A stretch of 64,000 nucleotides of DNA from an uncultured Phycisphaerales bacterium (GTDB lineage: Bacteria > Planctomycetota > Phycisphaerae > Tepidisphaerales > Tepidisphaeraceae). The notes beneath the pieces are model-generated. The model ran no database searches. It was not told where the DNA came from and saw nothing but the letters and a program-made list of their open reading frames with translations. The position numbers and the translations under genes are program-made. The number at the start of each line of letters is the position of its first letter. The first letter of the stretch is position 1. Positions 40,116 to 49,165 of the stretch are shown here, in pieces. The stretch spans positions 352,001-416,000 of the forward strand of contig CAVWLP010000003.1 in assembly GCA_963755915.1 (NCBI GenBank), in the 5' to 3' direction.

Positions 40116-42137
40116 ATGGCGCTCATTATTCTTCCTGATGGAAGTCGCAGGGAATTGCCGGACGGGACTACCGTGCAACAACTGGCCGAGTCGATCGGCA
40201 AGGGGCTGGCGAGGGCGGCGATCGTCGGCAAGGTGGATGGGAAGCTTGTGGATCTCTCCTACAAGCTGGCTGGCGAGCACCAGGTTTCCATTATCACGGA
40301 TCGTGACCCCGATGGGCTCTATGTGTTGCGGCACAGCACGGCGCACGTGCTGGCGCAGGCGCTGCGGCATCTGTATGGGAAGTCGGTGCAGTACACCATC
40401 GGGCCGGTGATCGAGAATGGGTTTTTCTATGATTTCGAGCTGCCGGCGGGTTTCTCAGCAGAGGAGCTGCCGAAGGTTGAGCAGGAGATGCAGAAGCTGA
40501 TCGACGCGGATCTGCCGTTTTCGCGGCAGGATGTCGATCCGGGGGCGGCGAAGGAAGTTTTGCACGGCGAGAATCAGCGGTTCAAGGATGAGATTATCGA
40601 TGAGCTGGAGAAGGCCGGGGAGAAGACGGTTTCGATTTATCGGCAGGGAGATTTCACGGACCTTTGCCGGGGGCCGCATGTGCCGTCGACCGGGAAGATC
40701 AAGGCGTTCAAATTGCTGAGCGTCGCGGGGGCTTATTGGCGCGGGGACAGCAATCGGGAGCAGCTTACCCGGGTCTATGGGACCGCTTTCTTCGATAAGA
40801 AGGATCTTGAGAAACATTCGCAGCAGCTTGAGGAGGCGAAGAAGCGGGATCACCGCGTGCTGGGGCCGGCGCTGGGGCTCTTCACCGTCGATGAGAAGGT
40901 TGGGCAGGGGCTGGTGCTCTGGAAGCCGAAGGGGGCGATTGTCCGGATCGAGCTGCAGAATTTCATCAGCGAGCATCTTCGGCGGCAGGGGTATCAGCAG
41001 GTTTTTACGCCGCACATCGGGAGGCTCGATCTGTATCGCACCAGCGGGCACTATCCGTATTACCGGGAGTCGCAGTTTCCGCCGCTGATTGACCGGGAAT
41101 ATTTCGAGATGCTGGCGAAAGAGAATTGCACCTGCGGTGAACTTGCGAATCGGATGGAGAAGGGGGAGATCGACGGCTATCTGCTGAAGCCCATGAACTG
41201 CCCGCATCACATCCGGATTTACGCCAGCGAGCAGCGGAGCTATCGCGATCTGCCGGTGCGGCTGGCGGAGTTTGGGACGGTTTACCGGTGGGAAAAATCG
41301 GGTGAGCTGGGAGGCATGACCCGCGTGCGCGGGTTTACGCAGGATGATGCGCATCTGTTCTGCTCGGAAGACCAGGTTCAACAGGAGCTGCTGGGGTGTC
41401 TCGATCTCGTGAAGATCGTTCTGGGGACATTGAACATGCACGATTTCCGGGTGCGGGTGGGGCTGCGCGATCCGGACAGCGCGAAATATGTGGGGGAAGC
41501 CGCACAGTGGGACAAAGCGGAGGCGGCGTGCAAAATCGTGGCCGAGCATCTGGGTGTTCCCTTTACGATGGAACCGGGCGAGGCGGCGTTTTATGGGCCG
41601 AAGATCGATTTTGTGGTGAAGGATGTGATTGGGCGGGAATGGCAACTGGGGACGGTGCAGGTGGATTATCAGTTGCCGCAGCGGTTTGAATTGTCGTATG
41701 TGGGCTCCGACAATCAGCCGCACCGGCCGGTGATGATTCACCGGGCGCCGTTCGGGAGCATGGAGCGGTTTATTGGGGTGCTGATTGAACATTTTGGCGG
41801 AGCCTTTCCGCTGTGGCTTGCCCCGGTGCAGATCGCGGTGCTGTCGATCAGCGAGAAATTCAACGCGTATGCCCAGCAGGCGGCGGAGGCGATCAGGGAG
41901 GCAGGCCTGCGGGTTGATTCCGATCTGGATGCCGACAAGATCGGGGCGAAGATCCGTCGGGCGACGCTTGCCAAGGTGCCGTACATGCTCATCGTCGGGG
42001 AAAAGGAAATGCAATCGCGGCTGGTGGCGGTGCGAACCCGGGCGGGCAAGGATTACGGGGCAATACCGCTGATAGAGTTTATTGAGCGGTGCCAGCAGGA
42101 GATTTCCACGCGTGGGGCGGCGCCGGCGGAGCCGTAG
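40116..42137 (+). CDS. thrS: Threonine--tRNA ligase
   Basis: TGS domain; RHSTAH, DLCRGPH, KPMNCPHH, FYGPKID and IHRAPFGSMERF motifs. Confidence 0.98.
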   Translation: MALIILPDGSRRELPDGTTVQQLAESIGKGLARAAIVGKVDGKLVDLSYKLAGEHQVSIITDRDPDGLYVLRHSTAHVLAQALRHLYGKSVQYTIGPVIENGFFYDFELPAGFSAEELPKVEQEMQKLIDADLPFSRQDVDPGAAKEVLHGENQRFKDEIIDELEKAGEKTVSIYRQGDFTDLCRGPHVPSTGKIKAFKLLSVAGAYWRGDSNREQLTRVYGTAFFDKKDLEKHSQQLEEAKKRDHRVLGPALGLFTVDEKVGQGLVLWKPKGAIVRIELQNFISEHLRRQGYQQVFTPHIGRLDLYRTSGHYPYYRESQFPPLIDREYFEMLAKENCTCGELANRMEKGEIDGYLLKPMNCPHHIRIYASEQRSYRDLPVRLAEFGTVYRWEKSGELGGMTRVRGFTQDDAHLFCSEDQVQQELLGCLDLVKIVLGTLNMHDFRVRVGLRDPDSAKYVGEAAQWDKAEAACKIVAEHLGVPFTMEPGEAAFYGPKIDFVVKDVIGREWQLGTVQVDYQLPQRFELSYVGSDNQPHRPVMIHRAPFGSMERFIGVLIEHFGGAFPLWLAPVQIAVLSISEKFNAYAQQAAEAIREAGLRVDSDLDADKIGAKIRRATLAKVPYMLIVGEKEMQSRLVAVRTRAGKDYGAIPLIEFIERCQQEISTRGAAPAEP

Positions 42138-42172
42138 CGGTCATCGGTAATGGAAAAATCACACAAATCTGC

Positions 42173-42201
42173 TTGAAAATCGCGCGGTGCATGCCGATAA
42201 T
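42173..42201 (+). promoter_or_regulatory. Sigma70-type promoter upstream of infC
   Basis: TTGAAA-17 nt-GATAAT. Confidence 0.65.
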
Positions 42202-42207
42202 CTCCTC

Positions 42208-42322
42208 ATAGGAGCCCTGATCTTCGCGTCTCAGGTTTGGGATAGCGGAAATTAGCTGTGAACTGCGGCCACGGATGAACATCGAAGAGCCTGGACGCAC
42301 CGCCGGCACGCGGGCGTTTTTT
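42208..42322 (+). ncRNA. Candidate structured RNA or leader (identity unknown)
   Basis: GCGTC(T)CAGGTTT pairs with GAGCCTGGACGC; inner CTGTG/CACGG stem; GC-rich 3' hairpin plus T6. Confidence 0.4.
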
Positions 42323-42433
42323 GTGGCTTTTCGATCGTGTCTGTGGCTCGTTTTTTGCCGTACATTGGGACTCATCAGGCCGTGATCCGGGGCAGGTGCT
42401 TCGGCGGCTGAAGTGGTTTTTTGGAGAATTGTT

Positions 42434-43093
42434 ATTTCTACAAACTTTCGTCACAACGAGCAGATTCGCATTTCGCCGATTTTCCTGATCAACGAAAGAG
42501 ATGAAAAGGTCGGCTCGGTATCGACCTCCGAGGCCCTGAAGATGGCCCGGGAAGCGGGACTCGACCTTGTCGAAGTGGCCCCAACGGCCCGCCCGCCGGT
42601 TTGCAAAATCCTCGATTACGGGAAGTGGCGCTACCAGCAGCAGAAAAAAGTCGACAAGTCCCGGTCTGCCGTGCGCGGCGGACAACTTAAGGAACTGAAA
42701 CTTAAGACGGTAAAGATCGGGGATCATGACCTCATGATCAAGATCAACCACGCGCGGGAATTTCTGAAAGAGGGGAACAAGGTTCAATTCACGCTCCAGT
42801 TCAAGGGACGGGAGATGGCGCATACTGAGCTTGGCCGGGACATTTTTACCAAGATCAAGAGCGAGCTTTTCCTGGTGAGCAAGATCGAGCGCGATTCGAA
42901 GATGGAAGGGCGCCGGATGACGCTGGTGCTTCAGCCGGATCATAAGCCTGCCGGGACGAAACCAGCGGCGCCGGCAGCGGGTACGACGCCGTCGCGGTCA
43001 AGCGCGTTCTCGTCGGGAGCCGGGCTGAACATTCCAGTGCGGCCGGCGGCGGCAGCAGCGCCGGTGGCGGCGCCTACGGCTTCGAACGTCTAA
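42434..43093 (+). CDS. infC: Translation initiation factor IF-3 (probable ATT start)
   Basis: NEQIR, GLDLVEVAP and PPVCKILDYGK motifs; GGAG at 42423-42426 then in-frame ATT at 42434. Confidence 0.95.
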   Translation: MSTNFRHNEQIRISPIFLINERDEKVGSVSTSEALKMAREAGLDLVEVAPTARPPVCKILDYGKWRYQQQKKVDKSRSAVRGGQLKELKLKTVKIGDHDLMIKINHAREFLKEGNKVQFTLQFKGREMAHTELGRDIFTKIKSELFLVSKIERDSKMEGRRMTLVLQPDHKPAGTKPAAPAAGTTPSRSSAFSSGAGLNIPVRPAAAAAPVAAPTASNV

Positions 43094-43130
43094 ATACGGG
43101 TCTGCGATTCGAGGAGATTGCGCAACGCAC

Positions 43131-43273
43131 GCCCCGCAAGCGGGGCCGCCAAACACGGGGCGCGAATTTGTTCTTCGCCAGCCTTACGTAAATCCTGTTC
43201 CAAATTCAACGACTTCCGTCCAATGACGGTTTAGGGGAGGGGCATGTCCGAAAATGTCCGGAAATGCCCGGTA
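43131..43273. repeat. REP-like hairpin and three tandem 10-mers
   Basis: GCCCCG-CAAG-CGGGGC at 43131-43146; ATGTCCGAAA ATGTCCGGAA ATGCCCGGTA at 43244-43273. Confidence 0.55.
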
Positions 43274-43391
43274 TTTGACGATGAGATTTTTTTCTCCCTG
43301 GCTGGGTTTGATGGGTCGGGCAAGATTGCCGTGGAATATGGGTCGAAGATAAGATGCATCTATATACAGGTCCAAAAGGTGTACGTTTTGT

Positions 43392-44882
43392 TAATCCCGT
43401 TCGGCACGGGGTTCGCGCAAGCAGCAAGATATTGAGATTGCGCCTTTGATCTTTTTATGGCATGCTGCCGGACGTGCAGGCAAGACTGAAGGAAAAAGAG
43501 ATCCTGTGCCTCGGACATCTGCGGCGCGTCTTCGCGCTGCTGCCCACGCTGCGGGATGTGGGCTGTGAGCGGGATCGAGCCGGGAACCGCCAGCTTCACT
43601 TCGACGATTATTGCAAGCTGGTTTTGCTTTACACCTGGAATCCGCTGATCCAATCCCTGCGGGATCTTCAGGAGGTTGCTGAAATGCCCAAGGTGGCCAA
43701 GGCGCTGGGAATTAAGCGTTTTTCCGTGGGCAGTTTCTCTGAATCGGTTCGGGTGTTCGAGCCGGGGCGTTTGACGCCGCTGATTGAGGAATTGGCGGGG
43801 GAACTGCCCCAGGCGCCCGATCCGCGTCTTGCGGACTTTGGGCAGGCGATCACGCTGGTCGACGGGACGGTGCTGACGGCGCTGAGTCGGCTGGCCAAAT
43901 CCGCTTGCGGCATCGATGCGCGCTACAACACCTCCCGGGACGGGAAAGCGGTCTATGGCTGGCGTTTGCACGTTCAATTCGATCTGGAGACGTTCAAAGT
44001 CCATCGCCTCGACCGCACTGGCGCTCGCAACGCGGGGGCCAACCGTGAAAACAACGTCCTGCGGCGCAGCCTGGAAGCAGGACGGTGCTATGTAGGAGAC
44101 GGCGGCTACGCCGACCGGAGCCTCTTTGCGGACATCGCCGCGGCGCAAAGCTCCTTTGTGATGCGGGCCGCGGAAAACTCGGTGTTTGAGCTGTTTGAAG
44201 AACGATTGCTTTCACAGGAAGCATTGGACGGCGGCGTGGTGCGAGACGCGCTGGTGAAACTCGACGGCCTGGAGACGGCGGCGGATAGGGTGGTGCGACG
44301 GGTGGAAGTGCAGGTGAAACCCCATCCGCGCCGCACTGCGCAGCGGCAACAAGCCGACGGACCTGATCATCCTGTACACGAACCTGCTGGACCTGCCGGC
44401 GGAATTGATCGCCCTGATTTATCTGTACCGCTACACCGTTGAGTTGTTCTTCCGGATCTTCAAGCAACTGCTGGGCATGCGTCACCTGCTGAGCCAACGC
44501 CAGGAGGGGATCGACATCCAAATCCACTGCGCGCTGATCGTCTGCGTGCTGATTCAGCTGATCAGCGGCAGGAAGCCGAACAAGGCGATGCGGAACATGA
44601 TCGGCTGGTATCTGCTGGGGCTGGCCGAGGAACAGGACGTGCTTCGATTCCTGAACAAGCCGGATAACACCGGGATTAAGCTGAGGGCAAGAGCGGAGGC
44701 CTTGAAAAAACTGGGAGTAAACTGAAGGGGAATCCGTCGCCGCGGAGACCTCGCGGTTGATGCTGCGCTCTTGCGGACGCCGGCGTGCAGCAGGGGAAAG
44801 TAAAAGTATCTAAGCTTCAATTGTTTCGCGTCCTCCACAGCTTTGGAATGCTCCGATGAAGCCTGCGTGCCGAACGGGATTA
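43392..44882 (+). mobile_element. IS4-family insertion sequence (1491 bp)
   Basis: Perfect 17-bp IRs TAATCCCGTTCGGCACG; 9-bp direct repeat ACGTTTTGT at 43383-43391 and 44883-44891. Confidence 0.93.
43462..44725 (+). CDS. IS4-family DDE transposase (frameshift near 44340)
   Basis: VDGT, GDGGY, then YLYRYTVELFFRIFK in the second frame. Confidence 0.88.
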
Positions 44883-44992
44883 ACGTTTTGTACCTATTTT
44901 TTAGAAATCCGGGGATTTTTCTGAAAAAATTTTTGGGGTAGGAAAAAGTGGAAGCGTGGGCAAGGCGACAGTGTGGCAGTTTTTTCCCAAGG

Positions 44993-45030
44993 CCCTCACC
45001 CCGACCCTCTCCCGGAGTACCGGGCGAGGG
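44993..45030. repeat. CCCTCACCCC..CCCTCTCCC REP-like element, copy 1
   Basis: CCCTCACCCCGACCCTCTCCCGGAGTACCGGGCGAGGG; related copies at 48813 and 61603. Confidence 0.7.
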
Positions 45031-45098
45031 GGTAAGAGGAGAGGAAGAGGGAATATGTGATAGCCCTTGAGGACTAGCGTTGTAGTGATGGCGTCGGT

Positions 45099-45127
45099 TG
45101 GACATGCCGGGGGTCGTCTGCTATATT
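45099..45127 (+). promoter_or_regulatory. Sigma70-type promoter for rpmI-rplT
   Basis: TGGACA-17 nt-TATATT with an extended -10 TG. Confidence 0.55.
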
Positions 45128-45180
45128 TCCCGCCCCTCGCTGGCAGAGGGTTTTGGCTGATCTAACGAAGGTTTCTGACA

Positions 45181-45468
45181 ATGTCTTACAAATTCAAGCC
45201 CAATAAGAGCGTCGCGAAGCGTTTGCGCCTGACGGCGACGGGAAAATTGAAGCGGCATCATGGTTTTACCTCGCACCTGATGAGCGCGCGGCCATCATCG
45301 CGGCGGCGAAAGCTGCGACGTCCGGCGGTGCTGTTTGAAGGTCATTCCCGCAATATGCGAAAACTGATGGGGGTTGCCGGCGTTCGGCCCAACGAAATCA
45401 GGCATGAGCGTGAGCTGGCCGCGAAAGAAAAGAAGACGGCTGCGGCTGAGAAGCCGGAAAGGAAGTAG
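45181..45468 (+). CDS. rpmI: 50S ribosomal protein L35
   Basis: KPNKSVAKRLRLTATGKLKR motif; between infC and rplT. Confidence 0.92.
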   Translation: MSYKFKPNKSVAKRLRLTATGKLKRHHGFTSHLMSARPSSRRRKLRRPAVLFEGHSRNMRKLMGVAGVRPNEIRHERELAAKEKKTAAAEKPERK

Positions 45469-45471
45469 ACC

Positions 45472-45849
45472 ATGGCGCGATCAACCGGCGGCCCGACGCA
45501 TAGCCGCAAGAGAAAACGCGTATTGAAGGCCGCCAAGGGATTTCGCGCGGCATCGGGGACTTTGTATCGCCCGGCGATAGAGTTCACCCGCAAGGCGGGC
45601 GTTTATGCTTATCGCGACCGGCGGCAGAAGAAGCGGCATTTCCGGTCGCTGTGGATCACCCGGCTGGGGGCGGCGCTAAGGGCGAAGGGGATTCATTACA
45701 ACCGGTTTATTCCGGCGCTTATCGCCGCGGGCATTGAGCTGAATCGGAAGATGCTGAGCGAACTGGCGATAAGTGACCCTGCGGCGTTTGACGCCATTGT
45801 TGAAAAAGCCCGGCCGCATATTGTTACCTTCGCCGCAAAGACTGCGTAA
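45472..45849 (+). CDS. rplT: 50S ribosomal protein L20
   Basis: AYRDRRQKKRHFRSLWITR and LNRKMLSELA motifs. Confidence 0.97.
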   Translation: MARSTGGPTHSRKRKRVLKAAKGFRAASGTLYRPAIEFTRKAGVYAYRDRRQKKRHFRSLWITRLGAALRAKGIHYNRFIPALIAAGIELNRKMLSELAISDPAAFDAIVEKARPHIVTFAAKTA

Positions 45850-45954
45850 AGAGTTCGGTCGTCGCCCCAAACCATTTGAGTCGCAGATTTGAAGAGGAGT
45901 TCCTACCGTCCTGACTGACATCCCGACGTTTGATTAATGGAACTGCGCAAAGGC

Positions 45955-46348
45955 GCTCGCTTAAAGACGAAAAGCAAAAGCAATGCAGGAGGGGCGAAGG
46001 GGAACCAGATAAGGCCCCCTTCGGTCTGAGCTCAGGGTCGAAGACAACAGTTTTTCCCTCGCCCCTCCCGCACCCACCCCACTCCCCTTTCTTTTCCGCT
46101 CAACGCTCCGCCAGGAAATACATATGCGACCGCACTCCCGCAGTCGCGTGCCCCAAAGCTCACGTGAAGAGGGGTGCAAATTTCTTGAGGAGCGCCGCAG
46201 CATTTTGGCTTTTGGCTTGGACGGTTAGGGGAAGCCGGAGAGTGGAGGAGGGGCGCGGGGAGGAGGCGAGAACCGCTTGGGGCGCGCACGCAACTCATCT
46301 CGCGGGGGTCTCGCCTCCTCCCCGCATTGCATTTGCCTTTAAAAGAGC
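45955..46348. repeat. Structured non-coding dispersed element (MITE/REPIN-like or ncRNA), full copy
   Basis: Imperfect terminal IRs, nested stems; homologous to 48882-49128. Confidence 0.75.
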
Positions 46349-46422
46349 CGGCCGCTTCGTCTCCGAACTCAAAAAAGGTGTCGCACCGTCAGCAGTGCCA
46401 GGGACGGGCTAAATGTCATTTA

Positions 46423-47212
46423 TCAGCTCACCGGCTCCCCGACCATTCTCACCGCGATGTAGTCGCAGTAATCATAGACCATATTCCGATTTGGCCGCCA
46501 GGGATCGAAGAGGATGGTGACCAGGTCGCCGACGGCGATGGCGTCGTATTGCTGGGGGCTGATGCGGATGCAGTGGCGCGGAGGATTCCGTTTACCTTGA
46601 ATTGATAGGTGAGGGAGCAGTAGAGAAGTCGGCGGTTGGTGTGGACGATTTTCTTTTCGGTGACCGCGCCAAAGGTTGCTTCGCCCCATCGGGCGAGCCA
46701 GCGTGAGCGCCAGGGCATGAGCCAGATGCCGTAGAAAAGGACCCAGCCGATGGCGCCCATAAAGAGGCGCAAAACCAGGTAATCATCCGGTAGCGGGCAT
46801 AGTGCAACGTCGAGCGGTCGAGGAGCGAATATCCGTTGTTGCGGCCGAAATAGAAGACGTGGGCCTTGACGGGCTGCCCGATGTGGAAGCCGAGAAATTC
46901 CTGGAGCAGGGCGTTGTCGGTGCCGGTGAAGCCGGTGCCGGTGGTGCGATATTTGACGTAAAACTGGGTTCCGCGGTGGGGTTTGAAATCGCGCCAGAGA
47001 TCGACGATCTGGGCCGGTTCGGCGGGGAAGAGGAACATGACGGCGGCGTCGCAGAGGACGTAAATCGCCAGCGCGGCGGCGACGGCAACGAAGGGGGCGG
47101 TCAGGACCCGGCCGAGGATCAGGATGCTGAGCCTTCCCCGGCGGCGGCGGATGCGGCGAGGAGGGCGGGGAAGCCGCGCGGTCAGCGAATCTTTCTCCTG
47201 GGTCCCGGGCAC
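46423..47212 (-). CDS. Membrane protein, DUF3592-like (frameshifts ~46770 and ~46575)
   Basis: Two TM+beta-domain units; ends VGDLVTILFDPWRP. Confidence 0.55.
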
Positions 47213-47274
47213 GCAACGATTCTAGGCGATTCGATTGGTTTTCAAGAACGAAAAAATATTAATGCGGGTATGTT

Positions 47275-48768
47275 TTATTCCCATCCCATCGACCGTTCGA
47301 CGGCTTTTCGCCAGCCGGTGAGGCGGTGATTGCGATCCTGGTCGCTCATCTTCGGGTGCCAGGTGTGGTCGGATTTCCATTTTGAGCGGAGATCGTCGAA
47401 ATCGTTCCAGAAGCCGACGGAGAGGCCGGCGGCGTAGGCGGCGCCCAGCGCCGTGGTTTCGCGGACGCGGCTGCGGACGACGGGAGCGGCGAGGATGTCG
47501 GCCTGGAATTGCATGAGGAGGGAGTTGGTGGTCATTCCGCCGTCGACTTTCATGGCGGCGATGTGGGCGCCGCTGTCTTCGGCCATGGCGTGGGCGACGT
47601 CGTGGGTCTGGAAGGCGACGGATTCGAGGACGGCGCGGGCAATGTGATGGCGATTGGAATAGGCGGTGAGACCGGCGATGAGGCCGCGGGCGTCGGAACG
47701 CCAGTAAGGGGCGAAAAGCCCGGAGAATGCGGGGACAATATAAACCCCGCCGCTGTCGGGCATGTGGGAGGCCAGCGATTCTATCTCGGCGGAGGAGGAG
47801 ATCATTTTCATGTTGTCGCGGAGCCACTGGACGAGCGAGCCGGCAACGGCGACGGAGCCTTCGAGGGCGTAATGGGGTTTCTCGCCGGCGCGGTAATAGG
47901 CGAGCGTCGTGATCAGGCCGTGCTTGGATTGTTTGGGGGTTTGGCCGGTATTGAGAAGGAGGAAGCAGCCGGTGCCGTAGGTGTTTTTGGAATCACCGGG
48001 GTTGAAGCAGCATTGTCCGACGAGCGCGGCGTGCTGGTCGCCGAGATTTCCGCAGACGGGGATTTTGTCCTGGAAGGGGCCGTCAATCGTCGTGTGGCCC
48101 CAGGGGTGGGATGGAATGGACGGGGTGATTTCTGCGAGCATTTTGGGGTCGATGCCGAGGGTGGCGATCATGCCGTCGTCCCAGCGGAGATCGGCGAGGT
48201 TCATGAGCATGGTGCGGCTGGCGTTGGTGGCATCGGTGACGTGACGGCCACCGTGCGGGCCGCCGGTGAGGTTCCAGATGAGCCAGGAATCGATGGTGCC
48301 GAAGAGTGCGCCTTCGTTGCGCGAGGCGGGGACGTTTTCGAGAATCCAGCGGAGCTTGGGGCCGGAGAAATAGGTGGCCAGGGGAAGGCCGGTGGTGGCG
48401 CGGAAGCGGTCGATTCCGCCACCCTTGGCGAGGTCGTCGCAGATGGATTTGGTGCGGGTGTCCTGCCAGACGATGGCGTTGTGGAGGGGCTGGCCGGTGG
48501 CGCGGTCCCAAACGACGGTGGTTTCGCGCTGATTGGTGATGCCGAGGGCGGCGATCTGGCTTTTTTTGGCGCCGGCCGCTGCGATTGCTTCGGAGATTAC
48601 TTCCTGGGTTTTGGTCCAGATTTCGATGGGGTCGTGCTCGACCCAGCCGGCGCGGGGGAAGATCTGGCGGTGTTCTTTCTGTGCGACGGCGACGGGGCCG
48701 TCGGGGTCGAAGAGCATGCAGCGGGTGCTGGTGGTTCCCTGATCGATGGAAGCGATGAGATCGGGCAT
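47275..48768 (-). CDS. glpK: Glycerol kinase
   Basis: [34 protein letters not shown] and VDGG motifs. Confidence 0.97.
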   Translation of the reverse strand: MPDLIASIDQGTTSTRCMLFDPDGPVAVAQKEHRQIFPRAGWVEHDPIEIWTKTQEVISEAIAAAGAKKSQIAALGITNQRETTVVWDRATGQPLHNAIVWQDTRTKSICDDLAKGGGIDRFRATTGLPLATYFSGPKLRWILENVPASRNEGALFGTIDSWLIWNLTGGPHGGRHVTDATNASRTMLMNLADLRWDDGMIATLGIDPKMLAEITPSIPSHPWGHTTIDGPFQDKIPVCGNLGDQHAALVGQCCFNPGDSKNTYGTGCFLLLNTGQTPKQSKHGLITTLAYYRAGEKPHYALEGSVAVAGSLVQWLRDNMKMISSSAEIESLASHMPDSGGVYIVPAFSGLFAPYWRSDARGLIAGLTAYSNRHHIARAVLESVAFQTHDVAHAMAEDSGAHIAAMKVDGGMTTNSLLMQFQADILAAPVVRSRVRETTALGAAYAAGLSVGFWNDFDDLRSKWKSDHTWHPKMSDQDRNHRLTGWRKAVERSMGWE

Positions 48769-48812
48769 GATTTTTTTGCCTTGGGGATTCTATCCGCACA
48801 AAAAGAAAAACG

Positions 48813-48851
48813 CCCTCACCCTGGCCTTCCCCCGGGATACTTGGATGACGG
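48813..48851. repeat. CCCTCACCC REP-like element, copy 2 (degenerate)
   Basis: CCCTCACCCTGGCCTTCCCCCGGGATACTTGGATGACGG. Confidence 0.5.
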
Positions 48852-48881
48852 CCCAACATTTTTTTATAGCGTCGACCAAGT

Positions 48882-49128
48882 GGCGCTCGCTTAAAGACGA
48901 AATGCAAATGCAATGCAGGAGGGGCGAGGGGACACCATATAAGGCCCCAAAAGTTTTCCCCTCGCCCCTCCCGCACCCTCCCCACTCCCCTTCCTCTTCC
49001 CCTCAACGCTCCCCCGGAAATGCGTGCACGGTCGCACTTTTGCAATCGTGTGCCCCAACGTCCACGTGGATGAAGTGCGTCAACTCCCGGCAAAACACCT
49101 TCGCATGCTGCATTTGGGCTTGGACGGC
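48882..49128. repeat. Structured non-coding dispersed element, partial second copy
   Basis: Colinear with 45952-46225 from GGCGCTCGCTTAAAGACGAAA to GGCTTGGACGG. Confidence 0.8.
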
Positions 49129-49165
49129 CAGGAGTGCCAGGAAACGGGATAAGAATAGAGCGGAA

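Noticed and set aside
44330-44350. Programmed ribosomal frameshift in the second transposase
   Set aside because: No slippery heptamer; IS4-family transposases are single ORFs; fits the general indel pattern.
45930-46412. 160-aa ORF and its look-alike at the start of ORF 48746
   Set aside because: The similarity comes from the non-coding structured repeat; the frames are not conserved as protein.
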